Source: Thermodesulfobacteriota bacterium (GTDB lineage Bacteria > Desulfobacterota > DSM-4660 > Desulfatiglandales > B25-G16). Taken from it: DNA of 55,177 bases. Under the pieces are notes generated by a model, which was given only the letters and a program-made list of their open reading frames with translations, did no database searches and was not told where the DNA came from. Both the position numbers and the translations under genes were made by a program. Shown here in pieces: positions 1-9,079 of the stretch. How positions within the stretch are numbered: the stretch's first letter is position 1; each line of letters begins with the position of its first letter. The stretch covers positions 1 to 55,177 of the forward strand of contig JAYEMW010000253.1 of NCBI GenBank assembly GCA_034718555.1, given 5' to 3'.

Positions 1-55
1 CAAAAAAGATACCAGAGATCAGAATGTTAGTATCGAGAAATATCCTGTATCTCAT
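1..55 (-). CDS. PIN-domain toxin, 5' end only (gene runs off the left edge of the window)
   Basis: The minus-strand ATG at 55-53 overlaps the TGA stop (54-52) of the upstream RHH gene, giving an ATGA junction. The 18 visible codons read MRYRIFLDTNILISGIFF, the FLDTNxL opening strand typical of PIN toxins. Confidence 0.5.
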   Translation of the reverse strand, partial: MRYRIFLDTNILISGIFF

Positions 56-267
56 TGTCTGATATTCTCAAGCTCTTTTAGCATAGAAGCCTCAGCAATA
101 CCTTCTCTCTTAATAAGCCATCTCAGAAATGTTCTGCTCTTTTTAGCGTATGCTTTCTTAAGAGCTGTATTTATAGCTTCTGAAAAATCAGAAAACATAC
201 CAAGTTTTACTTGTTCCTCTATCTTTTTATATAGATCATTCGGTATTGTTGCAGCAACCTTTCGCAT
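52..267 (-). CDS. Ribbon-helix-helix (CopG-like) antitoxin
   Basis: 71-aa ORF with a short N-terminal strand followed by helices (VAATIPNDLYKKIEEQVKLG...AINTALKKA). GGAGG lies upstream (rc of 276-280). It is translationally coupled to the PIN gene downstream. Confidence 0.6.
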   Translation of the reverse strand: MRKVAATIPNDLYKKIEEQVKLGMFSDFSEAINTALKKAYAKKSRTFLRWLIKREGIAEASMLKELENIRQ

Positions 268-530
268 ATCTCATACCTCCTCGTCTTTTGAGAGTCCTAC
301 TTTACAGCAAACAACGTAGCTCAAGGGTGTAATTTGTTACCCTCTGACCTTATTGTAAATAGTCTAACAGTTTCTCATCCTTGTCAAGTAGTTTTGTAAC
401 TCAAAAACTTCGTGAAGGGGAGGGAGATCAAGCCTGCTCTTGACTCATCTGCAAATGCAAAAAGAAAAATTAACCGCTAAGTCGCTAAGGGCATTAAGGG
501 TTTTTTGATTTTTCCTGATCAGAATGTAAT

Positions 531-638
531 GAGGGACCGTAAATATTCAAATATCTAAGGTTTCCAGTTGGCAACCCTTTGCTTTCGCCATCTTCTTTCC
601 CCTCTGAACCGCATAACTGACAGCAGCTGGGGTTATAT
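531..638. repeat. 108-bp dispersed repeat, copy 1 (partner at 3362-3469)
   Basis: Direct alignment with 3362-3469 shows only a handful of mismatches. On the minus strand both copies encode ...ITPDAVSYAVQRREKMAKAKGCQLEA*, which looks like the tail of an HTH protein, so this is a gene-remnant repeat. Confidence 0.8.
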
Positions 639-648
639 TTTCCGAGAT

Positions 649-975
649 GGGGTCCCGCTAACTATTTAGAACTATTAATGAAAAACCGCAAAAACACCCT
701 TATTTAGGCCCCATATCGAACTTTTCAGGGGCAAAAAGAGCATTATTCACATTTAGTAAAGGAAATAGGGCTTTTTTGTGTTAGGGTAAAATCAATATGG
801 GAGTACTGGCCCTAAGAAGAAAAAGCCTCTAAGCACGAGAATCCTATCAACTTCGAGAGCCTTCTATCCCTTATAGCGCCCATTTTGAGGGTAAAAAGGG
901 CGATATAGGGCTTGAAAACACCTATTTTTGGAACCTTAATGTATAGATATCAATAAGTTAGCGCGGCCCGACCCC
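649..975 (+). mobile_element. Non-autonomous, internally deleted derivative of the RayT-type element at 39763-40790
   Basis: The left end GGGGTCCCGCTAACTA and the following ~90 bp align with 39819-39930. Positions 794-975 align with the last ~190 bp of the full element (40600-40790), including the right end AAGTTAGCGCGGCCCGACCCC. The transposase body is missing. Confidence 0.7.
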
Positions 976-1095
976 AACGCGCCCCGACCCCAACGCGCCA
1001 ACGCGCCGACCCAACGCGCCGACCAACGCGCCATGCCTATAGATATCAATAAGTTAGCGCGGCCCGACCCCAACGCGACAACGCGGCCACCCCAA
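955..1095. repeat. G+C-rich degenerate tandem array containing two copies of the element right end
   Basis: ATAGATATCAATAAGTTAGCGCGGCCCGACCCCAACGCG occurs twice (about 942-980 and 1038-1076). Between the copies are stuttering units CCCGACCCCAACGCGCC / CAACGCGCC / GACCCAACGCGCC / GACCAACGCGCC. Confidence 0.7.
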
Positions 1096-1232
1096 TTAGA
1101 AGGTAGCAGCATTATCTTATTATCTTTATATACAAAATGACTGATTGTTAATTTATGGCTTTAGGCTACAAACCGCCAAGGGCTGACCCGGTTTCAGACG
1201 TGTGGAGGGATTAAAATAATTAACTTGCGATA

Positions 1233-1847
1233 TTAGCCCTTTTTCTTAGCAGTGGATCTGATCGACTCCACTTTGTCCCGCAGCTCCAGGTAGTCCGTCC
1301 TTAATCGGGAGTTAGCGGCCCAAACCTCTTCCATATATTTTCTTTCCTTGTCTGTAATCAGTCGAAGTCCCAGTACTTCGGGGCGATCACGGATAACATC
1401 ACCCGCAGGCACCCTGGTAAAGGAATGCAATGTAACCAGTTTGGCAATAGCCCCAATGCCAAGCCATACATGGTCTTCTAGAGTGACCTTGTATAGAGAA
1501 GCCCTTATAGCTATAAAACACTCTTGCCCAATGGTACACGGTCCATGGATTGTAGCGCCATGGGCTACAGTAGTCTTGGAGCCTATGATCACCGAAGCCC
1601 CCGGATCGGTGTGTATGATGACGCCATCCTGTATATTGACCTCCCTATCGATCTGAATGGGCGCGACTTTCCCGTCCGTACCCCGCTGGTCGGCCCGAAT
1701 AACGGTCAATGGTCCCACGAAAACATCCCTATCAATTTTGACATTACCGATGATCTGGGCCGAAGGGTCAATCAGCGCCGTGGGATCGATCTGTGGATAA
1801 TCGCCTGCCAGGTTAGGCCTTATATTGTTGTATTGTAATGATGTCAT
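1233..1847 (-). CDS. Gamma-class carbonic anhydrase / hexapeptide-repeat (LbH) family protein
   Basis: Left-handed beta-helix hexapeptide pattern (IGNVKIDRDVFVGP..., IGSKTTVAHGATIHGP). The H...HxxxxH spacing matches gamma-CA metal ligands. I prefer the ATG at 1847, preceded by GGAGGAAAG, over the TTG at 1889 used in the ORF track. Confidence 0.75.
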   Translation of the reverse strand: MTSLQYNNIRPNLAGDYPQIDPTALIDPSAQIIGNVKIDRDVFVGPLTVIRADQRGTDGKVAPIQIDREVNIQDGVIIHTDPGASVIIGSKTTVAHGATIHGPCTIGQECFIAIRASLYKVTLEDHVWLGIGAIAKLVTLHSFTRVPAGDVIRDRPEVLGLRLITDKERKYMEEVWAANSRLRTDYLELRDKVESIRSTAKKKG

Positions 1848-1979
1848 TCTCTTTCCTCCATGTCTAGAATTACCGTTTCGATTGGACAACCATTGGACAG
1901 ATACCTTTTTCGGTTTTTGAATAGTCGAAAAACAACACCTTCAGGTGTAAAATAAATCAAATCAAATTACAATAAAAAA

Positions 1980-2452
1980 AACAGTGTCAGACCTACACAG
2001 TTGACAAAAGAACATTAATCAAGGTTTACAAAATGAAGCAAAACCGGCATGACAGGTGAAATTGCATATGTAGCCAAGATGCAGCTGAATGGAAATAGAG
2101 AAAATTGGAAATCGATTTATTGCAGGATAATCAGGAGTAGGGGGTATCCACTTAGCGCAAGTAACTTTTTCGATTGAACAAAAATCCTGATTTTCGTTAT
2201 CTCTGGGCATAGGACTATCGCTCTTGGCTACATCGCATTATAGGCTCCTATCAGTTTGGCATGCAAGAGACTGAGAATTCCCTATCCTATCGGTTGGTTA
2301 TATCAGGTGCAACTATTTTACTTTTTGGCGAATTTGTAATCAGCTAAAGCGGAAGCTATGATTTTTTCGGCAATTGTTGATAACCCGGATGTTGAATGAA
2401 TTACTTGCGCTAAGTGGATACCCCTTTAATTGTGTAAAAGGGGTCATTTGTT
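1980..2452 (+). mobile_element. MITE family A, copy 1 (carries a nested MITE)
   Basis: Starts with AACAGTGTCAGACCTACACAGTTGACAAAAG. About 160 bp align at high identity with the reverse complement of 33406-33565 and with 4321-4425. A degenerate opposite end lies at 2425-2452. The copy is interrupted at 2141-2424. Confidence 0.6.
2141..2424. mobile_element. 284-bp MITE (family B) with perfect 24-bp terminal inverted repeats, nested in MITE A
   Basis: 2141-2164 (GGGGTATCCACTTAGCGCAAGTAA) is the exact reverse complement of 2401-2424. The other two copies of MITE A lack this segment. There is no credible ORF inside. Confidence 0.75.
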
Positions 2453-2649
2453 CTAAAACAACTTAAAATGTAACGTTGGTCTGAATTTGCTGCTCAAATC
2501 TTTATTTTTGCCACAACCCCTCTCTCAGCAAAACATTCAGGCAACACCTCTATCTATTGACAATCACACTGAAATCTGATTCTATCAAACCAAATAGGGC
2601 TATACAGGAATCTTTCTGTATTGTAATTGTTGGATGTATCAAATAGAAA

Positions 2650-2678
2650 TTGACTTCTCTTAGCGCATGTGTTACATT
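2650..2678 (+). promoter_or_regulatory. Sigma-70-like promoter of the RHH/PIN cassette; probable leaderless transcript
   Basis: TTGACT (2650-2655), a 17-nt spacer, then TACATT (2673-2678). The ATG at 2687 lies only 8 nt after the -10 box and has no Shine-Dalgarno. Confidence 0.5.
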
Positions 2679-2686
2679 GACTTACT

Positions 2687-2902
2687 ATGAATACGCTCAC
2701 CATTAGACTACCAGATGACTTAAGGGCTGACCTGAAGAAGATTAGTCGAGAGCAGAACAAACCAGTTAGCGACGTCGTGCGAGAGTCTATTCGGCGATAT
2801 GTTGCTGTGGAAAGTTTCCGAGCACTCCGGAAGAAGGTCCTGCCTTTCGCTGAGGCTCAGGGATTTCTGACGGACGAGGACGTCTTCAAGGCCATTTCAT
2901 GA
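2687..2902 (+). CDS. Ribbon-helix-helix (CopG family) antitoxin
   Basis: MNTLTIRLPDDLRADLKKISREQNKPVSDVVRESIRRYV is a canonical RHH strand-helix-helix. A 4-nt ATGA overlap joins it to the PIN gene. Confidence 0.8.
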   Translation: MNTLTIRLPDDLRADLKKISREQNKPVSDVVRESIRRYVAVESFRALRKKVLPFAEAQGFLTDEDVFKAIS

Positions 2903-3306
2903 AGATAGTCCTTGATGCTAATGTCGTCATTGCTGCTTTCGCTACTCGGGGACTCTGCGAATCAATTCTGGAGCTTTGTTTTCACAGCCATGAAATCATG
3001 CTCTGCGAGGATTTGCTCGACGAGATTCTGAGAAATCTCCGGCAGAAGATCAAGCTTCCTATTGGCATCGTTGAAGATATCGGCACTCTTCTGCGGGAGC
3101 ATGCAAGTATAGTCAGTCCTATTCCGCTTGCGGCAGACATCTGCCGCGACCCAGACGATATCAAAATTCTTGGGTTGGCAATAGCCACTAATGCCGATTA
3201 CATCGTAACAGGCGACAAAGACCTGCTCATTCTGGAGAAGTTTCAAGGTATTCCAATCCTAACTCCAAGGTCATTCTCTAACGTCCTCCATGACAAGGGA
3301 AATTGA
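2899..3306 (+). CDS. PIN-domain toxin
   Basis: MKIVLDANVVIAA opening, a later acidic ...VTGDKDLL motif, about 135 aa, coupled to the antitoxin. Confidence 0.8.
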   Translation: MKIVLDANVVIAAFATRGLCESILELCFHSHEIMLCEDLLDEILRNLRQKIKLPIGIVEDIGTLLREHASIVSPIPLAADICRDPDDIKILGLAIATNADYIVTGDKDLLILEKFQGIPILTPRSFSNVLHDKGN

Positions 3307-3361
3307 GAAAGCGCTCGTGCAGAAATTGCTTAACGTTCCTTGAGGCAGTAAAGGGGAAATA

Positions 3362-3469
3362 GAGGGACCGTAAACATTCAAATATCTCAGGCTTCCAGTT
3401 GGCAACCCTTTGCTTTCGCCATCTTCTCTCTCCTCTGAACCGCATAACTGACAGCATCTGGGGTTATAT
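3362..3469. repeat. 108-bp dispersed repeat, copy 2 (partner at 531-638)
   Basis: See 531-638. Here the minus strand keeps a slightly longer remnant, MMSMVGLARKFDITPDAVSYAVQRREKMAKAKGCQLEA* (about 3397-3516). Confidence 0.8.
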
Positions 3470-3538
3470 CAAATTTTCTCGCCAAACCTACCATAGACAT
3501 CATTATTGCGTTGGAATTAGAGAATCAAAAATTATCTC

Positions 3539-3568
3539 TTGATTTCACACAAATGAATGTGTTATATT
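3539..3568 (+). promoter_or_regulatory. Sigma-70-like promoter with overlapping short inverted repeats (ACACA/TGTGT) for the VapBC-type cassette
   Basis: TTGATT (3539-3544), then 17-18 nt, then TTATAT/TATATT (3562-3568). AAGGAG lies at 3582-3587 ahead of the ATG at 3596. Confidence 0.45.
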
Positions 3569-3595
3569 ATGTGTGATTATTAAGGAGTTGGCATT

Positions 3596-3796
3596 ATGGC
3601 AACAAATTTACAGATAGATGACAATCTCATTATAAAAGCCGTTAGATTAGGAGGACACAAAACAAAGAAAGCTGCTGTCTCAAAGGCATTAATTGAATAT
3701 ATATATCAGTTAGAACAAGAAAAGATTCTATCAATGTTTGGGACTGTGGAATACGATCCTGAATATGATTATAAAAAGCAGCGAAACAGGGCATGA
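3596..3796 (+). CDS. vapB: VapB-type (DUF2191-like) antitoxin
   Basis: 66 aa. MATNLQIDDNLIIKAVRLGGHKTKKAAVSKALIEYI fits the small VapB antitoxin family. It overlaps the PIN gene by 4 nt. Confidence 0.7.
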   Translation: MATNLQIDDNLIIKAVRLGGHKTKKAAVSKALIEYIYQLEQEKILSMFGTVEYDPEYDYKKQRNRA

Positions 3797-4197
3797 AAAT
3801 CATTGTTGACACGAGTGTATGGTCTCTGGCTTTAAGGCGCGATAAGGAGGACTCCCCTGCGCCAGTCCAAGAGCTTCGTCAAATAATTCTTAGCCATCGT
3901 GTTCAAATGATTGGCCCCATACGCCAGGAGATCTTATCGGGTATTCGCAGCGAATCTCAGTTTATAAAACTCCGGAAGCATCTTGAAAGCTTTCCCGATC
4001 TTCCTATTCTCACTGAAGACTATGTTAAAGCAGCACAGTTTTTCAATCATTGCCGCTCAAAGGGAATACAAGGTTCAAATACTGATTTCTTGATTTGCGC
4101 TGTGGCTGTCAGAAACAAGTTCTCAATATATACGACAGATAAAGACTTCGATCTATTTTCGAAATATATACAAATTGTTCTCCACAAAGCTGATTAA
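3793..4197 (+). CDS. vapC: PIN-domain toxin, VapC family
   Basis: MKIIVDTSVWSLAL opening, ...IYTTDKDF near the C-terminus, 134 aa. Confidence 0.75.
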   Translation: MKIIVDTSVWSLALRRDKEDSPAPVQELRQIILSHRVQMIGPIRQEILSGIRSESQFIKLRKHLESFPDLPILTEDYVKAAQFFNHCRSKGIQGSNTDFLICAVAVRNKFSIYTTDKDFDLFSKYIQIVLHKAD

Positions 4198-4320
4198 TTC
4201 CAACATCGCTCTTGCATTTGGCGGGTAATCGCTGCGGCTGAAGAGCCCGCTAACAAAATCGAATTCATCTTCTCCCGTAGTGCAGGGCAGGGATATAGTT
4301 TACGGTACGTAGCCCCTCGA

Positions 4321-4480
4321 CATAAAGCAAAACATACATGGCAGGTGAGATTTTATATGTAGCAGCGGTGTAGAGTTGAATGGAGATAGGGAAAATTGGA
4401 AAGCGAATTATTGCAGGATATTAGTATGGGGTCGAGATAACAATCTTTAAACGTTGACAAAAGTGTGTAAAAAGTGGCCT
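4321..4480 (+). mobile_element. MITE family A, partial/degenerate copy 3
   Basis: 4321-4425 aligns with the internal part of copy 1 (…GCAGGTGAGATTTTATATGTAGCAGCGGTGTAG…ATTATTGCAGGATA…). A TIR-like TTGACAAAAGTGTGTAAAAAGTGGCC lies at 4455-4480. Confidence 0.45.
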
Positions 4481-4774
4481 CCAAAACGTCTTAAAGTGCC
4501 GATTTTAGGCCTAAAAACATATATTTAAGAAAATACCGAGATCAAATATTTTAAGAGATAGATGGAATTTGCTGTGGCTTTTCGATCTGAAGCGACATGA
4601 GAACAGGTTCCGGTGTTTCCTGAACAAATTTGAATAAAAGCCCTGCTCTGTATCCCGCACCCCTTCTTTTTGGGCCGGGGTAAATCATTCACACCGGAAC
4701 GGCCGAACCTTTTGGGGTGCGCGGGCAGAGCCTGCGGTTTAATTAAAGGCAACTATTTAATTCGGGGAAAAAGC

Positions 4775-7700
4775 ATGACCGTCAATAAGTTAATCTCCTG
4801 TTATGAAAAACTGCCCATATTAGAGAAAAGCATTCTCCAAATTCTCTCCATCGCCTATCATCCCTTAAATCAAACCCAGTTAATACAATGTCTGATACAA
4901 GCAGGTATCAAGGCAGCCAATGATGAAGGGTTCGATTCGGTGACTAAGAATGCGGGATTCAAGCTGCTGCGTCCGGCTCTAGATATGTTACTTGAACAGG
5001 ATTTTTTGGAAGGCAAAACTCGCAGCCGCCTTCTTGTCAATCGTCGAATTGTCGAAATTATCACGCGTCAGACAATCGCTGCGAAAAAGTTCCCACCTTA
5101 TCTGAAAGCGGTTCAAACTGTCCTTCATTTGACCGAGGATACCTTAAGCACAAACTCACATCTTGAACCGGATCATCTAACTGCCGCTATTCGAATTTTA
5201 TTTTATCAAAAGAAAATGGATCAAATAAAAAGCATTTATCATAAATTTAGCGATAGAATAAATTACGTCAGTTCCTTGTCTGCGATATTGGGTGAAATCA
5301 GTTGTAATCCGTTTGCCATTACCTGGGTTCAATTATTACCCGCAGATATTCATACTGCGCTATTCCATCAGTCATTGATTGATGCCTTGATTTATTGGCA
5401 AAACAAAGCCGAACACTTTGATTATATCGAGCAATTGATATTATCGGATTCGGATAGATGTGAAGCCGGTTTGCAAGCGACTGTTTTGGAAAAATGGATG
5501 TTGACCGGAAAAAGCAACCAGATAAAGAACTGGCTAAAGGAGCATCAAACCGATAACACGGAGAACAGTTTATGCCTGCAGGGATGGATAGCTTTTTTGC
5601 AAGGAAAAAATAAAAAGGCGATTCAATATTATGAGGCAGCTTATGAAATTTTGATAAAGAATTCAAAAAAACGCAAAATTTATTTCAACAATTTTATGGG
5701 TGTTTTTTATGTATTAGCCTTGATGAAGGAAAACAGCACCAAGCGATTAGAACATGCCCGCATACATCTTTCTATCGCTATGACTGGAACATATTTATTC
5801 TCTGATATTTACAAACTATTGAATTATTCTTTACAATTTTTGACCGGCAATTTTAAAGCGGCTAACGATGTATTTATTTATACTTATGTCAGTTTTTTCT
5901 ACAGTCGTACTTATAGAAAAGACACAAACTTTATTGAATTATTCTTTAAAATTTTTACTTACTTTTGGATTGATAAAGAGAAAGCAAAAGAAAACTTGAG
6001 TACGATCAAGGAAATTTACAAATCGGCAGAAATCAATGCCTATCCATGGTTCAAGCATGAATTGGCAGGCTTAATCAATATATTGTCAAGTAATGGAAAG
6101 AAGACAACATATAAACCTGAATCAAAGTATTTAATTAATGTCATTCAACAAACGAATATTTGGGAGCATACTTTAAATGCTTTGTTAGCTCTGAAAGACA
6201 AGAGCCGTACAAAAACAGAACAGGTTGACGATGCTTTTCGTATGGTCTGGTTTCTTGATTACCAAGACAATGGCTATTGCAGTGTCCGTCCTCGGGAGCA
6301 AAAACGAAAGCCAAACGGAAGGTGGACAAAGGGACGCCCGATTGCCTTGAAGCGTTTGAATGATGAATTGGAAAGCTTCTCCTATCTTACTTCGCAAGAT
6401 AAACAAATTTGCAGCCATATATACGAACATGAATATAAAGATGGCTGGTATACGAATGTTGAATACATTTTCGATGACAAATACTTGTCAGCGGTGATCG
6501 GACACCCGTTGATTTTTTTGCAGGATGGGATCAGCCGGGTCGAACTGGTCAAAGGCAAGCCGGAATTAAGGATTACGAAACAAAAGGATAAGCAGATATT
6601 CCTGGAGCTTGTCCCTGAGCCTTCTTTAAGAAATGAGGCGAATTATCAAACAATAAAAGAAACTGAAACCCGGATAAAACTTGTACAAATCGATGATGAG
6701 TATCAACGCATAGCAGAGCTGTTGGGAAAAGGGATACAAGTGCCTGCCTCGGCAAAAAATAAGGTCCGGCAGATTATCGAACAATTTGCCTCTGATATTA
6801 CAATTCATTCGGATATCGGTGGAAAAGGCGAACAATTGGTTGAAATCGGGGCAGATACCAAACTTCATGTTCATTTGATACCCTTTGGTAATGGTCTGAA
6901 AATCTCTATATTTGTGCGTCCTTTTGGCCTGGGCGGTGTCTATTATTCACCGGGCAGTGGCGGCAGAAATGTAATTGCTGAGATCAGCGGCAAACAATTA
7001 CAGACCACACGTGATTTGGCAGGGGAAAAACAAAAAGTGGCGGAATTGATTGATAATTGTCCGACATTGCAGCCTTATGAAGAAAATAAAGGGGAATGGC
7101 TGTTAGGTGAAATTGGGGATAGCCTGGAAGTTCTATTGGAGTTGGATGAGTTGCGCCAACAAATTGTACTGGAATGGCCGGAAGGTGAAAAATTCAAAGT
7201 GGCCGGCCAGGCGTCATTGGGCCAGTTGCATTTGGGCATCAAACAACAACAAGACTGGTTTGCTGTAACAGGTAAGTTGGTTATTGATAAACAGTTAGTT
7301 GTGGACATGCAGCAATTATTGGCGCTAACGGAAAAAAGTCAAAGCCGGTTCATAGAGCTGAAAGATGGTCAGTTTATCGCCTTGACCAATGAATTCCGTA
7401 AGCGATTGCAAGAGCTTAACCGTTATTCTGAAAAATATGGCAAGGGTATACGTTTCCATCCATTGGCAGCTCTGGCATTAGAAAGCCTAACAAATGGCGT
7501 CGGCCAGTTGAAAACCGATATGGCCTGGAAATCTCATGTTAAAAAACTGCAAAGCGCTCAGGATTTCACCCCGCAGTTGCCTTCCACTTTACAAGCAGAA
7601 TTACGGGGGTATCAATTACAGGGTTTTCAATGGTTAGCTACCCTGTCGCATTGGGACGTGGGAGCTTGTTTGGCGGACGATATGGGGTTAGGCAAAACTT

Positions 7701-8977
7701 TGCAAGCTCTGGCAATGCTGTTGAAACATGCCCCTAATGGTCCCAGTCTGGTAGTTGCACCAACTTCTGTTTGCATGAATTGGTTGGCTGAAACCAAACG
7801 CTTTGCTCCGACGCTGAATATGGTTCAGTTAGTCGGAGCAAAGCGGGAGAAAATCCTGGATGGGGCAGGTAAATTTGATATCATATTATGCAGCTATGGT
7901 TTATTGCAACAAGATCGGGTGGGCCAGATGCTGGCAGTTGTACCCTGGCAAATGGTTGTATTGGATGAAGCCCAGGCAATAAAAAATGTTTTTACCAAAC
8001 GTTCACAAGCCGCAATGAAATTACAGGCAAAATTTAGATTGCTCACCACCGGGACTCCCATAGAAAATCACCTCGGAGAATTGTGGAACCTGTTCCATTT
8101 CATCAACCCGGGTTTGCTTAGTTCCTTAGAGAGTTTCAATAAAAACTTTGCAGTACCGATTGAAAAATATAAAGATCGTCAGTCTCGGAGGCATTTACAG
8201 AAATTGATTCAACCTTTTATTCTCCGTCGTATGAAAAGTCAAGTATTGGAAGAATTACCGGCCAGGACTGAAATTCGTTTAACCGTCGAACTGAGCATGG
8301 AAGAAATGGCTTTTTATGAGGCTTTGCGCCAACAGGCAGCCGCGCAACTGTCTGAATTGGAAGAAAAACCTATTGGCAAAAAATATTTGAAAATTTTAGC
8401 TGAAATCATGAAATTACGCCGGGCCTGTTGCAATAGTGTGCTTGTCAATGAAGAAATTGTTTTGCCCAGCAGCAAAATGGCCATGTTTGGCGAAGTTTTG
8501 CAGGAATTGCTGGAAAACAAACACAAAGCTTTGGTATTCAGCCAGTTTGTAGGTCATCTTAGCTTAATACGCTCTTATCTCGATGAACAAAATATTCATT
8601 ATCAATATCTCGACGGCAGTACCCCTGTCAAACAACGTAAAATTGCCGTAGATTCTTTCCAGGCAGGTAAAGGCGATGTTTTCCTGATTAGTTTAAAAGC
8701 AGGCGGATTAGGCTTGAACCTGACAGCGGCGGATTATGTGATTCACATGGACCCCTGGTGGAACCCGGCGGTGGAAGATCAAGCCTCGGATCGCGCTCAC
8801 CGAATTGGTCAGCAACGCCCCGTTACGATTTATCGTTTGGTTGCTAAGGATACGATTGAAGAAAAAATTGCAGAAATGCATAACCGAAAACGGGATTTGG
8901 CGGAGAGTTTGTTGCAGGGCAGTGATATTAGTGGTAAAATTTCCGGTGAGGAATTGTTGGAGTTGATAACGAATTAG
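4775..8977 (+). CDS. SNF2-family ATPase/helicase with a very long N-terminal region
   Basis: The C-terminal ~480 aa carry SNF2 motifs: LADDMGLGKTLQ (I), VLDEAQAIKN (II) and QASDRAHRIGQQRPV (VI). The upstream ~950 aa are unassigned. The ATG at 4775 (MTVNKL...) is preferred to 4670, whose extension runs through MITE-derived sequence. Confidence 0.85.
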   Translation: MTVNKLISCYEKLPILEKSILQILSIAYHPLNQTQLIQCLIQAGIKAANDEGFDSVTKNAGFKLLRPALDMLLEQDFLEGKTRSRLLVNRRIVEIITRQTIAAKKFPPYLKAVQTVLHLTEDTLSTNSHLEPDHLTAAIRILFYQKKMDQIKSIYHKFSDRINYVSSLSAILGEISCNPFAITWVQLLPADIHTALFHQSLIDALIYWQNKAEHFDYIEQLILSDSDRCEAGLQATVLEKWMLTGKSNQIKNWLKEHQTDNTENSLCLQGWIAFLQGKNKKAIQYYEAAYEILIKNSKKRKIYFNNFMGVFYVLALMKENSTKRLEHARIHLSIAMTGTYLFSDIYKLLNYSLQFLTGNFKAANDVFIYTYVSFFYSRTYRKDTNFIELFFKIFTYFWIDKEKAKENLSTIKEIYKSAEINAYPWFKHELAGLINILSSNGKKTTYKPESKYLINVIQQTNIWEHTLNALLALKDKSRTKTEQVDDAFRMVWFLDYQDNGYCSVRPREQKRKPNGRWTKGRPIALKRLNDELESFSYLTSQDKQICSHIYEHEYKDGWYTNVEYIFDDKYLSAVIGHPLIFLQDGISRVELVKGKPELRITKQKDKQIFLELVPEPSLRNEANYQTIKETETRIKLVQIDDEYQRIAELLGKGIQVPASAKNKVRQIIEQFASDITIHSDIGGKGEQLVEIGADTKLHVHLIPFGNGLKISIFVRPFGLGGVYYSPGSGGRNVIAEISGKQLQTTRDLAGEKQKVAELIDNCPTLQPYEENKGEWLLGEIGDSLEVLLELDELRQQIVLEWPEGEKFKVAGQASLGQLHLGIKQQQDWFAVTGKLVIDKQLVVDMQQLLALTEKSQSRFIELKDGQFIALTNEFRKRLQELNRYSEKYGKGIRFHPLAALALESLTNGVGQLKTDMAWKSHVKKLQSAQDFTPQLPSTLQAELRGYQLQGFQWLATLSHWDVGACLADDMGLGKTLQALAMLLKHAPNGPSLVVAPTSVCMNWLAETKRFAPTLNMVQLVGAKREKILDGAGKFDIILCSYGLLQQDRVGQMLAVVPWQMVVLDEAQAIKNVFTKRSQAAMKLQAKFRLLTTGTPIENHLGELWNLFHFINPGLLSSLESFNKNFAVPIEKYKDRQSRRHLQKLIQPFILRRMKSQVLEELPARTEIRLTVELSMEEMAFYEALRQQAAAQLSELEEKPIGKKYLKILAEIMKLRRACCNSVLVNEEIVLPSSKMAMFGEVLQELLENKHKALVFSQFVGHLSLIRSYLDEQNIHYQYLDGSTPVKQRKIAVDSFQAGKGDVFLISLKAGGLGLNLTAADYVIHMDPWWNPAVEDQASDRAHRIGQQRPVTIYRLVAKDTIEEKIAEMHNRKRDLAESLLQGSDISGKISGEELLELITN

Positions 8978-9004
8978 CTGTTTTTTTAGAGCAAAAACCA
9001 TTTT

Positions 9005-9060
9005 AATAACAGAACAGGGTCAAATAACAGAACAGGGCCAGAGCTACACTTTTGACAAAA
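9005..9060 (+). repeat. 18-bp tandem duplication followed by a solo MITE-A-type terminal repeat
   Basis: AATAACAGAACAGGGTCA (9005-9022) and AATAACAGAACAGGGCCA (9023-9040), then GAGCTACACTTTTGACAAAA. This matches the ...CTACAC(A/T)(G/T)TTGACAAA TIR seen at 1980, 33288 and 33565. Confidence 0.5.
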
Positions 9061-9079
9061 TTGTCAGCAAGATCCCCGG

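Noticed and set aside
955-1095. Possible CRISPR array or minisatellite in the G+C-rich repeat block
   Set aside because: The units are short (9-17 bp), degenerate and contiguous without unique spacers. They are derived from the end of the RayT-type element, and there are no cas genes in the window.
2019-2210. 63-aa ORF on the minus strand
   Set aside because: It lies entirely within MITE A and the left TIR of nested MITE B, and has no RBS. It is a repeat-derived spurious ORF.
4670-4774. N-terminal extension of the SNF2 ORF (MGRGKSFTPERPNLLGCAGRACGLIKGNYLIRGKS)
   Set aside because: The low-complexity extension lies in repeat-derived intergenic DNA. The conserved-looking protein begins at the ATG at 4775, so the longer start is probably an ORF-caller artefact.
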